A stretch of 63,640 nt of DNA, counting the filler, from Licmophora abbreviata (taxonomy: Eukaryota): assembly GCA_900291995.1 (NCBI GenBank). It is 9 parts of 9 records of this genome, joined end to end, with 100 filler letters (N's around TTAATTAATTAA, not from the genome) between each part and the next. Parts side by side here need not be neighbours in the genome. Positions count along the whole stretch, not along the records: positions 1 to 10,759 come from OLMU01000760.1; positions 10,860 to 19,125 come from OLMU01000761.1; 7 more parts are not named here. The stretch is one strand, 5' to 3'. Of the stretch, positions 1 through 14,388 are shown piece by piece (the stretch's first letter is position 1; each line of letters opens with the position of its first letter). The notes below the pieces were generated by a model. It saw only the letters and a program-made list of their open reading frames with translations. It did not search any database and had not been told where the DNA came from. The position numbers and the translations under genes were made by a program.

Positions 1-355
1 CGACTCAACTTGAGGGACGCCGGCCAGACCTATCACATTTCAAAGACTATGAAATACTTGGAGTAGCTAGACAAGTACTGCAACTGGGAGTAGTGGATGT
101 GGTGCCAAGTTAGGTCTTCCAGTACGACCCAGATTTGGCAAGCCACCATTCCACATTTTAGACCGATGAACCTTGCCAGCGGTAAGGCTTTAAAAGTCTT
201 GCTAAGCTGCGATAGATGTAGCTCTTCGAGTGACTCTTGCTTGTCCTTGTCGAGCTCCAGTGTGGACGATTCGATTCCCCAGGATGTGTCTATCTAGAGG
301 AGTGAGTCTAGTAGTCTAGTGGAGTATTGAATAGAGAGTCAAAGAAGAGTATTAT

Positions 356-913
356 TTAGAACAAGTAAGCTGATAATGGTAGCCACCAGCCACTGTAAAT
401 CATTTCAGGGTTAGCGTCATCAACCTCGCCGTTCTTCTTCAGATTCCTTACTGCACGCTTGACCTTCTTGTGTCGCCTCTTTGCCTCCAACCCTTGCTTG
501 CAAAAAACCAGAGGACTGCGAAATGTATTCGAGCGTTCTCTCTGTCGGAACAAGCTTTCCTTTTCCTTCTTTGCGGCTTCAATGTCCACATCTGTAAAGT
601 TGTTTGTTTTCACGAAGTAGTCACGTTGGTTCGCAAAAAGGTAGAACTTCTTGGTGTCACGACGCTTGGAGCTGGGACGAACCCTCTCGTATTCACTGAT
701 AGGGGCACATCCATTTTCCAATTCTATAGTCTCTCGGCGGCCCCCATTTGTTTTCGTCTCGACAGGCAGTGCAGATGGTACATCGGAAGCGAGTCGATAC
801 TCCCAACCGATCTCGATAGCTGGACCGTATTCGCCCGCTGGATTCAGAGATGGAACTACGGGATACTCTCGAATTTGAACAGCGTCGAACGAAACATGCT
901 TTTTGGTAGTCAT
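356..913 (-). CDS. Hypothetical protein with an N-terminal VSF..V.IREY...NP...GP...GW motif (RVxF-like)
   Basis: 185-aa ATG-started ORF; KKHVSFDAVQIREY...LNPAGEYGPAIEIGWEY resembles a motif I recall from many diatom hypothetical proteins. Confidence 0.7.
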   Translation of the reverse strand: MTTKKHVSFDAVQIREYPVVPSLNPAGEYGPAIEIGWEYRLASDVPSALPVETKTNGGRRETIELENGCAPISEYERVRPSSKRRDTKKFYLFANQRDYFVKTNNFTDVDIEAAKKEKESLFRQRERSNTFRSPLVFCKQGLEAKRRHKKVKRAVRNLKKNGEVDDANPEMIYSGWWLPLSAYLF

Positions 914-1292
914 GGTGTGGAATTATGCTGCAGATGTGCGTTGTGTGTGCTTTTGAGATGTGAGATATGATGGTTGTGCGTTGTGTGGATGGATGACGCC
1001 GATGCACGGATCACGTCAAAAACTGCACAGGAACGGGAAGCAAGACCCCGATCTCGCCTGTGCGTGACAAACCCATCATCCCAGTCCCGGCGCAAGTTCG
1101 TCTGCACGACATCCGTCAAGTACACGAACTCTTCAGTTTCGAAAGCGAACTTATAGACTAGAAACGAGAGGAGCTAATAGGCTACGGCACGATGACGGAG
1201 CACCAACAAGTTCCTGTGTGAACTCCACCTTTTCGAAGACACCATTGCTCAAACATCCTTTGCCCATCCTAGATTGATTGAGGTTATTGCGC

Positions 1293-4104
1293 CTAGTCGC
1301 TATCGTCACTATCTTCACTGTCATCGCCACTGTCGTCTGACACAACTTCCTCGTCTTCCGCTTCTTCATCTTCCGCCTCTTCGGCTTTCTTCTTCTTATA
1401 GACCTCCATTGCTTCCTTGTACTTTTCTTTTTCTACCTTGGCCTTTTCTGCAAGCTCAGCGCGTTCCTCGTCTCCGAGAGCTTTGTACTTCTGACCAATC
1501 AACTTGGTCTGTAGTTGAGAATACAAAGCAACATGCGATACATGAGACACACATTTCCAGACACACATAGGCAAAAACTCCAAATTGTAGTACAGTTAAG
1601 CGTACCAAATCACCAAAGGACAGGTCCGGATTTTCTTCTTTCAATTGGGCGCGGACAGAATTTGAGTACAGAAGGTACACCGTCAACGGTCGCTTGGGCT
1701 CGTTCGGATCCTTCTTCTTCTTCTTGCCCACCTTCTTCCCTCCACCGTTGTTTGCACCCTTGGCGAACTCTGCGGGTGGTTCGTAGTTGGCCATCTCGTT
1801 CTGGTATCGCTTCTTATCGGCCGCGGCCTTGTCGTCGTATGGAGTTTTCTCTTCAGCGGACAGAGCCTTGAACTTCTCCGCGACGAGTTTGCCCTGACGA
1901 ATCAATGTTCACGTAAAGAGAAGTCAGTATTGCAGCCAAACTACGACAATAGTAAGCGCATGATGTAGGACACGACACGTACCATTTCTCCAAAGTTGGC
2001 ACCAGGATTCTCTTCCTGAATTTTCGCACGATTTTCCGTGGAGAAGAACATGTAGGCTGACAGAGCACGTTTCGGTGCATGAGGGTCCTTCTTGGCCTTC
2101 TTTGTTTTCTTTGGTGTCTCGTCATCGTCGTCGCTATCCTCCTTTGCGCGCTTCTTGCTTTTCTTCGCCTTTGCTTTCGGCTGTGAGGACCCTCCAGCCT
2201 TCGCACGGGCCTCTTCCAGATCAGAATCCATGTCATCGTCGACCTCGGAACCGAGATCATCGTCGTCAATATCCTCATCACTATCGTCAGACCCTCCCTC
2301 GCTACCTTCTTCCTCTTCGTCCTCCACATCGTAGTCCTCGTCTTCGGATTCCTCGCCTTCGCCCGGCGGTCCAGCTCCAAAGATTTCGTCCTCATTGTAG
2401 ACAGGTCCGCGTCGCTCTACGGGCTCGTCCCCAAACGTGTCCGCCTGCAAGTTCTTGATGCGAATCTTTTTCGTCGACAAAAAGTTGTACAAGCCCGTAT
2501 AGTCCGACCGATCGATGCCCGAAAAGATGTATTCCTTCTGGGCACTGCCGACTGTTGCCGACGCCTTGAGCGTAATACAGAAATCAAAGTTGCGCGTCGA
2601 CCCCTGTCCACCTGCGTACCGCTGGAACTCCACCGACTCGACTTCATCGTGACGAATCAACACGGTAGGCTTGTGGATAAAGATGAATTGCTTCTCGAGA
2701 GGATACAAGTGACCCTCGCTCGCGCGCAAGGCGCACTTGACACAGGATTGCTGATTGGCATTGGCGAACTTGCCTGGAATGAACACCTTCTTCTTTGCAA
2801 TCACCTTGAAAGACTTGGCCACAAGGTTCGACAGAGCTCCCGTCATGAGCGGCTGAATGTCGCCATTGTACTCCTTCTGAAACGTCTCTTCGGTTAAGTT
2901 GACGGTCACTTCGGACGGGTCCTTGGTGAGCTGCAAGACCAGATGCTGGTAGCGCTGCTGCCCCTGACGAATGGGCTTGTCGAGCGAAATTACAAATGCC
3001 ATATGCACTTCATCAGGTTTGGGTAGCAAGAACAAGCGTGAAATGTCATCGTACTTGATCTTGTAGTCGTACTTGTTGCCGCGCATGCGAAAGAAGTAGT
3101 CATAGAGAGCAATGCTGTAGCGACCACGAGGTGTAAGAAAGGAGCCCTGTGATTCGCTAAATGACACAATGACGTCGCCGGTGGTAGCCTTGATCTTGGC
3201 AGTCGACATAATTTTCTGCTGAAGCAGCTCCGCACTGGATGCTTCGGTGCGGTCGTGTGGATCCGAGTCGGGATCGGGTGGAACGTAAAATCGAATGGAA
3301 ACTATAGGATGAGCCAGCGAATGAAGCATGTGTGTGAGTGAGGTTCCGTGAATCGCGCTGACGCTATATCGTACAGCACAAAATTCAGTCTTCGGCTTTC
3401 TGTTCTGACTTACCCAGCTGATCAGTACCCGCTTCCACGGTATCGGATTCTGGAAACTGAAGCTCGATTTCGTTTCGATTGTTCCCCGGCAGCACGCATT
3501 GACTGACTTCCGTCAGGTCCAACGTCATGACTTCGTCTCCCTCACGCGGTTCAAACTCTTCGCCCTCTTCATCGGCATCTTCCAAGAGACACTGTTGAAA
3601 GGCCAAATTGTTGTTTTTAATGTCCGTGAGTCCCCACGATGTTCCAGTGCTGCTCATATTTTGTTTCTGGAGATCGATTTGGTACAAGGACTGCAGAGTC
3701 TGCCTCAATTTATCCAAATCTGTGGGAGGAAACCCATCGAATCGTAGTTCGTGCTTGAGATTCTTGGCGGCATGGTTCAGGAGACGCAAGTGACCGCTCC
3801 GGCCAAAGACGGTCCACTGAGCCTCCCGGAGGGCCTTGGAGGGGACGGTGCGGGACGTACTGACGTCTGCGTCCTCGTTTCCCGTCGCGGCCGATTTCCA
3901 ACGAATCCCATTGGAGTCGGCTGTCGTCGCACAATTATCGAGATGAAAAGAATGGAAACGAAGGAATGTGAGAAACGAGTTTGACCGAAAGATCCGAAGC
4001 AATGCTACGACAACGACCGGCTGCTCACCGACAAAGGTCCCCACACTGTGATTGTGAAGGCCAATGTGCTTCCAAACGACTCTCCCATCCTCTGTGGAAG
4101 TCAT
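1293..4104 (-). CDS. SSRP1: FACT complex subunit SSRP1/Pob3, with two C-terminal HMG boxes
   Basis: Five exons read by eye with GT-AG introns: 4104-4029, 3920-3414, 3301-1983, 1893-1606, 1508-1293. Motifs LTPRGRY, YDYKI, LDKPIRQGQQRY, EGHLYPLE, acidic tract, KKDPHAPKRALSAYM and KKDPNEPKRPLTVY. Confidence 0.93.
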
Positions 4105-4384
4105 GAGACTGCGATTGGACAATTCAGAGACCTTGAACGACACGAAACAGGATCAGCAATAGCCTTTTTCAAGGACAGCAACGGCCCACCACACAGGAAG
4201 GTGCGGGACGATGAGGATACTGCTCATGAGAGTGGCAAGGACGCGCACCCTCCGTTATGGAGCGCGCCATTTTTCGGCGCGCGCTTTCTTCATCCGGACC
4301 GCGCGCAGACGTGAGCCATCCGTCGCGCGAAGGAAAAGTCTCTTCCGCCTCTCTTATTTGAGACGCACTCACTCGTTCGCAACC

Positions 4385-5788
4385 ATGATGGCGGCGGTCT
4401 CATGTTGTCGTCGTCGTCGTCGTCGTCGGGAACGCCGGCGATGTGTGCTCTTGACATCATGTCTGATATGTACAATTTCATTGTCCTTCTGGAGAATATC
4501 GGTAGATGCATTTGCAATTGAAAGGAGGACTGAAATCGGCTCCCCTACTACTTCTCCTTCATCATCATCACTCTGCAGGATGGCTCACCGCCCGTTCCAA
4601 TCCAACTCCTATGCCACGAACTCCACTGGGACAGCGACTCGGAAAGTCCATCGGAAAAGGAATATGTCGTTCACTCGAATGATTCGAAGGCTCCAAGCCT
4701 TCTACGATCAAACAGGACACTCGCAACCACGTTCTTCCGACGACCCCGACCTCCATCGATGGGTGCAAACAATTCGGAAGAATTATCGTCATCAGGTCCT
4801 TGCAAACACTAGCAGAAGTATCAGTACACGGCCAAGACTTTCACAAGCAAAACTGCAGCTCTTATCGGAAATGGATTTCGTGTGGGACGCCAAGGATGCT
4901 GCGTGGAATGAACACTACAACGACCTATCCGCCTTTCGCATGGCTCACGGTCACTGTCGCGTGAGTCATACTACAAACAATCGAGGACTGTGGGTGTGGA
5001 CACGGAATTTGAGACGCGACTATAAGGAGTTGCAAAAGCAGAATCGTACACACAGCAATACGCTGACGCTGGAGCGACTTGAAAGACTCGATGCGATTCA
5101 CTTTTGGGAAACAGTGCGGACGCATCGGGATGTATGGGAGGAGCGTGTGGCGGAACTGTCCGAGTTTTCGTCCACCTACGGACATGTCGACGTACCACAG
5201 GATGATGTAGACAATCCAGCTTTGGGACAGTGGGTCATGAATGTCCGAACCGACTATAAACGCTATCTGGCAGGCCTGCCGACTGGCCTGACTTCCGCTC
5301 GGATCGCTGAGCTGGAAAAGCTCGACTTTCGATGGAACGTGAAGCAATACACGTGGTTCACCATGTTTGAACGCCTGAAGCAACACGTTACAGAAGAGTG
5401 TGACAACAATGCACAGATGGTTACGAACGCGGAACTGAAGCTGTGGTTGACTAAACAACGACACGAGTATCAAAGGACATCACAGAACCGCAAGTCGTCG
5501 CTCACACAGCAACGCATCGAAGCGCTTGAGACGCTGTCCAACTTTAGCTGGAGTGGTCGATCTAATTCCATCAAGCGTGGTCCGAGCACGGAAGACTGGG
5601 CCAAGCTATTCGAGGGGATTCGGGAAAAGGGCATTACCCCTGGTATGCGACCCAAGCAACATTGGTTTGAAGGACAGAACCGGTTTCAAGAGGAGCTTAA
5701 AGATACATGGACGGAAGACGATCTGTTGGCACTTTGGAATCAAGAGGAAGACAGTGGCGAAGAAGAAGCTGAAGACGACACGCTGTGA
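4385..5788 (+). CDS. Helicase-associated (HA) repeat protein, probably plastid-targeted
   Basis: About four repeats of W....L..F....GH..V......L..WV...R..Y......LT..R...L..LDF.W; hydrophobic leader ending VDAF. The ORF is open from 4211, so the start is uncertain. Confidence 0.8.
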   Translation: MMAAVSCCRRRRRRRERRRCVLLTSCLICTISLSFWRISVDAFAIERRTEIGSPTTSPSSSSLCRMAHRPFQSNSYATNSTGTATRKVHRKRNMSFTRMIRRLQAFYDQTGHSQPRSSDDPDLHRWVQTIRKNYRHQVLANTSRSISTRPRLSQAKLQLLSEMDFVWDAKDAAWNEHYNDLSAFRMAHGHCRVSHTTNNRGLWVWTRNLRRDYKELQKQNRTHSNTLTLERLERLDAIHFWETVRTHRDVWEERVAELSEFSSTYGHVDVPQDDVDNPALGQWVMNVRTDYKRYLAGLPTGLTSARIAELEKLDFRWNVKQYTWFTMFERLKQHVTEECDNNAQMVTNAELKLWLTKQRHEYQRTSQNRKSSLTQQRIEALETLSNFSWSGRSNSIKRGPSTEDWAKLFEGIREKGITPGMRPKQHWFEGQNRFQEELKDTWTEDDLLALWNQEEDSGEEEAEDDTL

Positions 5789-6088
5789 TTTAGGACGTCT
5801 CTAACATCCTTAGCTGCATTTCAATCGACAAAGAGTTGTAGGTAGACGAGCTCTCGCATGAATACGAGGTCCTTTCGCTAGTCGCGCTCGCTCGCGCCAG
5901 GCTGATTCAAATGAATTTGTACTGAAAACGCGTGCACGTCAACGTAACCGCACGGAGGGCCCGCATGATGTGAGGGTTAGAGCTGGACACAGAATGGCGG
6001 AAGCATGCTAACAACGACGGCTTTTCGTCGCGTTGTGTCTATTGCTGAATCGTATCGCACTCTGTTGCAGTGAGAAACTGAATCCACC

Positions 6089-9739
<3,651 letters not shown>

Positions 9740-9804
9740 CTAGAGAATGAAGCCTAAATGAGACAGAGGGAGTAGCATTTCAATGGCTTTTCAACTTGTC
9801 TGCG

Positions 9805-10641
9805 CTACGACTGGCTTCTTCTTGCTGTTTGAAAGGCTAGGTAGAAGCGTAGAGCTCCAATGCTAATTCCCTCAAAGACCGCATCGTTCAATAGCTCAAC
9901 GATGGCCGATAGCAGCCGTAAATCGGTCTCGTCCGACTCACCCGGTTGAACATTCCGGCCAAACTCCACAAACAGATCCGCCTGCGTCGCCAGTATCAAC
10001 AATCCAACAGCAAACGCTCCTGCCTGCGCCAATCTCCACACGATTGTCCCATATCCCTCAATAGTCGGATCAATAGCCTCTTTTCGATACGCCTGTGCTG
10101 CCAATGCGCCGGCGAGCCAACAAACGGCCAGACCGGCGCCGTGAATCAACGTGGGAGCTACCAACGAGCCTCGTGCTTGCCAGAGGACGTCGTCGAATAT
10201 TGGACGAAGCCAAGTGGGAGAGGGGGCGTGCACCAGACTCAACCAAAAGATCTGGATGGATGGCCCAACGATCTGGGTCACCAACGTATCAGCCAAAGGT
10301 AGGCCAGGATCGTCCAGAACGGGCGACGTGAATCTTCTCAACATGGAGTTTTGCGTTTCCGGAGCGTAGAGCGGCTCGTCCTTACGCTCATTCCGACTCT
10401 CTTCATCAGGATCCGCGAGATGACATACTGTGATACGAAACCTTGAAACCGTCCGGCGTTGCGACGCACTACCGGTACGTCGTTGATCTCGGGTTGGTCT
10501 GCTGACGGTGCTTTTCCGCGTTGACGGACAAAAGGCATTTGATGATGATATAAAAAACGAGCAGCACAGCACAGTAAACCGACACCAGAATCTTAGGGAA
10601 TGGCGGATGCTCCGGCGAAAGGGGGCATGCGCTCGTCTCAT
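9805..10641 (-). CDS. Hypothetical multi-pass membrane protein, probably plastid-targeted
   Basis: 278-aa ORF with signal-like segment ending SSNAF, Arg/Ser-rich transit-like region and several hydrophobic helices. Confidence 0.7.
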   Translation of the reverse strand: MRRAHAPFRRSIRHSLRFWCRFTVLCCSFFISSSNAFCPSTRKSTVSRPTRDQRRTGSASQRRTVSRFRITVCHLADPDEESRNERKDEPLYAPETQNSMLRRFTSPVLDDPGLPLADTLVTQIVGPSIQIFWLSLVHAPSPTWLRPIFDDVLWQARGSLVAPTLIHGAGLAVCWLAGALAAQAYRKEAIDPTIEGYGTIVWRLAQAGAFAVGLLILATQADLFVEFGRNVQPGESDETDLRLLSAIVELLNDAVFEGISIGALRFYLAFQTARRSQS

Positions 10642-10759
10642 GGTTTCACACGCCGTTGTCGCAGCAGAAGACTGATGGTGCCGATTTCAGATTGTCGATC
10701 ATGTTGTCGCAGTTCAGAAAACCGCGTTGACTCATCCCGAGGGCCCGCGGCGCCTTCTG

Positions 10760-10859
10760 NNNNNNNNNNNNNNNNNNNNNNNNNNNNNNNNNNNNNNNNN
10801 NNNTTAATTAATTAANNNNNNNNNNNNNNNNNNNNNNNNNNNNNNNNNNNNNNNNNNNN
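10760..10859. other. Assembly gap spacer (N44-TTAATTAATTAA-N44)
   Basis: Artificial six-frame-stop linker; the flanks overlap (10712-10759 vs 10860-10907, one mismatch). Confidence 0.97.
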
Positions 10860-11049
10860 GTTCAGAAAATCGCGTTGACTCATCCCGAGGGCCCGCGGCG
10901 CCTTCTGCGCGGGACCTCTGCTCCATGACGTCAGAGATGGAGGCTAGACGGACCGGCGGAGCCCTCCCACTACCGGTAAACCAATGAGAACGACATAAGC
11001 TGTAGCCAGTTATGAGAGAGTGCTAGCTGCTATGGACAAAGATGGCAAC

Positions 11050-14000
11050 CTATGCCCAGTAAATGTGGGAAACTCCAAAAGCGCAGTTTCCGCACCCGCG
11101 TAATCGCACTGCCACCTCCACGTCCTTCGCCTCGCTGTCTGTGAACGTTTCGTCGTCTAGTAGGGTCAGCGTCTCCACAACCCTTTGCACCTGCTTTTTC
11201 TGCTCCATGAACTGCGTAGCATTGAGTGACGTTATCTTTCCATCGATCGCGTAATCAAAGAAGAATGTATCAGGAAGCTCGGGCGTGTCGTAGCTTCTCA
11301 TCAGCCGACGATGCTCCTTGCCATCAGTACCGTACTCTACGCTAGCAAGGCTACCTCCTAAGCGCCGTCGTTCCTCCTTCTCATTATTCACGGACTTCCA
11401 GCCTTGCGTTCTTGAATTCTCGCTGGTATAGTGCCACGTGTGGAGCTTGATCACAATAATGCCTTCCGTAAGGTCCTTGAGTTCCATGACCATCCATCCG
11501 GCTTTGTCCGTCCCGATCACTGCTCCCCGCGCATCATGCACACCTGACAAGAAGCATTCGTTGTCCGTGGATCGGCCGCACTGTGCTTCGTAAGTACCAT
11601 CACAATACCCCTCTGGTTCACCAAACACCTGCCATCCCTTTCCAGGCACAATAACTTCGTCGAGCCGTCGCTGATGCGTTCCTGTGGACGACACAGATTC
11701 GTGTTGCTCGTGAGAAGCTTCGTTGCTGACTTGTTCGACTCTCGTATCGTGGAGACGTCTCCGATTCATGACAATCGCGACCACATCAACTTCGCCTTCG
11801 GGAATGTCAAAGACTGGATTGTGCACGTCTGGTCCGTCGTACAAGGGCTTCTTCTCATTCTTGGGTATGTATCCATCGGGAGCCGGCTTCATGATGGAGG
11901 TGATGCTGCTAGTTTCTGGATCCGCACGGGGAGTGTATTGTGTCTTGCCCTATTGTGAATCACAGCAAGATAAGCGGGTAAGACAACAAAGAATGCATCC
12001 CTTCCCATCCCTTGCACCGACAACGTACCTTCATAGGCGTATTACATAGTCTCGCTGGAAGCATATCTTCGATGTTGTGGCACGAGCCAAGAGTCGAGTT
12101 GAGCGTACGGGTCTTTTCTCGAATATTCTCGTAGTAGTCAGTAACGTGCCAATACTCATCCGCGAGCGGCTGGCCAGCTACAACGTTGACGAAAAATGAA
12201 AACTCGTGAGCGCGTGAACGACAACAAACAGAGGCGATGCATATCCCATATTTGCTTACACATGGTTCCTTCCATCCACTGGTTGACAGCGACTTGCAGT
12301 GCCTCGAGGACAGAAAAGGCCAACGCTCTCCCCTGGAGCTGATGAGGTCGCCATCCCGGATGCCATTTTACCTGTCCAGTGGGGCGGTCCTTTTGAGCGG
12401 CTGCCGGTTTGATACCGTCCGGTCGGTCGATCCAACACGTCGCGTTGAATCGCGCGCCGCAGAGATCTTTGCGTTCTGGATCGCACTTCATGTACCTAGC
12501 AGCCCAGGGAAGGGCCAATGCCTGCGTCTCATTCATCGTGGTAGGAATGCCCATCAGCCCGTTTCCAAACTCGCCTACGTCCGCATCAGCTTCATTGTGG
12601 AGCATTCGAAGCAACGCAAACGTACCTCCCCAAAGAACCGGTACGCGCTTGCCACCAAGCAAACCCTGGCGAAGGTACAGATCGATGTGAGGTTGTGCGA
12701 AATTCTCGGTCATTCCGCTGTCCCACAGGAGCAAATCAATCTCGTCGCCATACACGCCTGACATTCCCAGGGCTGCTTGAACCGTGCCCAGACCACCCTG
12801 TCCTATATTGCGAGTGGTAAGCTTGACACCGAGTCGAGCGAAGATTGGCTCCATCACAGTGTGAAATTGCATCATGTAGCTCTGTCGGAAATGGTTTCCG
12901 GCCCCAGATGCCGCAGAGTGACCTAAGAATGCGACACAAGAAGCGGTTGGAATCGCGTTAGGAGCGATATAGTTTGGACCGACGATTCATCGCACACATG
13001 ACTCATCAAAAGACTCCACGCACCTCCCATGACGACTGTAAACTTGTCTTGCGTAATCATGGCGTGCAACAAACGACGGACAAGCCCACTGAAGCTTCTC
13101 TTGGTCGTCCAACCTCCATTGTCGCGCTCTCCCCGTTTCGAGTACTTCTCAGGAGGCCGGTCGGCCGTTTCAAGATCCAGCTTGTCCCAATGAAACATCT
13201 TCATTCGCTCTGCCAACCCCTCTGGCGGCAGCGGTTTGCCGTGTCCGTACTCTTCAAATATAGCTTCCATAGCACGCGTAATGAGCTGATCCGCGTCGTT
13301 CAAATAATGGTTCACGTAAACAGCATCGACCTGCCAGGAAGAATCAGGAAAGTCGTCCCCAGGAATATCTCGATTCGGGTACTTGCCACAATAATCCTCG
13401 CTGGGACGCATCTCTGCATCGCCATCCCAGAAATGCCAGTGACCGTACTTGGCTATCAATGCCTGCTTTGTCTCGTCGCGGATGGGTAGGCGGTCGTGGT
13501 TCAGAGGCAGCTCCGGAATCTTGGACGTGGCCTTGGGCGGCGCGGGTCCATCTTCCTTCTTTGGCGATGGTTCAGGCGCAGGTGCTGGCTCCTCCGTCTT
13601 GGGCGCTGGGTCATTATGTTTCTCGGGCTCCGGTGTTGGCTTTTCTGTTGCTGGTTCCGGTGCAGGAGTGGGCTCTGGCGTGTTTGATTCCGGTGCAGGA
13701 GAGGGCTTTGGGTGTTTGCGGTTTTTCTTTCGGCTTGGACGTCAGCTCCGTCGCTGGAGCATTCGTGAGGTCCACATGGTGGACTGCATCCGTAGTATTC
13801 GTGATATGTGTCTTGTCTTTCTTAGTGTCGACATGAGACAAGTGCGGTTTTCCCGATCGTCCCGTCGATCCACTTTCCTTGTTACTACTACTACTACTAC
13901 TCGCATTGTTGGAAACTACCAGCATGATCAAGAAGGCCACTACCGCGGACAGCCACAGGACTCGTTTGCGATTGGACGGTTCGTACAGACAGTCGGCCAG

Positions 14001-14099
14001 TAGGCCTTGTCGGTGCGACGAACGTCGACTGCTGCCGCCGCCCACTGCGGATACATTGATCAGGTCTTCGACCTCTTCCATTTCCAAGACACCTTGCAT
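11050..14099 (-). CDS. Type II membrane protein with Pro-rich stem and SGNH-hydrolase-like luminal domain (multi-exon, one apparent frameshift)
   Basis: Joins ORFs 13614-14159, 12923-13459, 12156-12875 and 11050-11892. N-terminal TM (VLWLSAVVAFLIMLVV), PAPEP stem, spliced VMGGHSAASGAG, and KWHPGWRPH; frameshift between 13707 and 13743. Confidence 0.7.
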
Positions 14100-14388
14100 G
14101 ATGAACAAATACTGTGCGTTGGCAAACAATAACGACACACAACGAAACGCACTCCCCAAAGTAGGATGCTCTATTGATTATAAATGTAATGAGGTGTGGA
14201 CTACTGATGCAATGCCATCTTGGGGTGCGAGATAATGACTGTTTCGAGTGCGAGGTTTTCTGAACTTTAGCGATCAAAATAGAGATATTTCGACTCGCTC
14301 GACTGAAATCGACTCGACTCACTCGACTTCCGGCATGCATCCCTTCCTACTCTTTTCTCGAGCCTCTCTCGCCGACGACGACACGACC

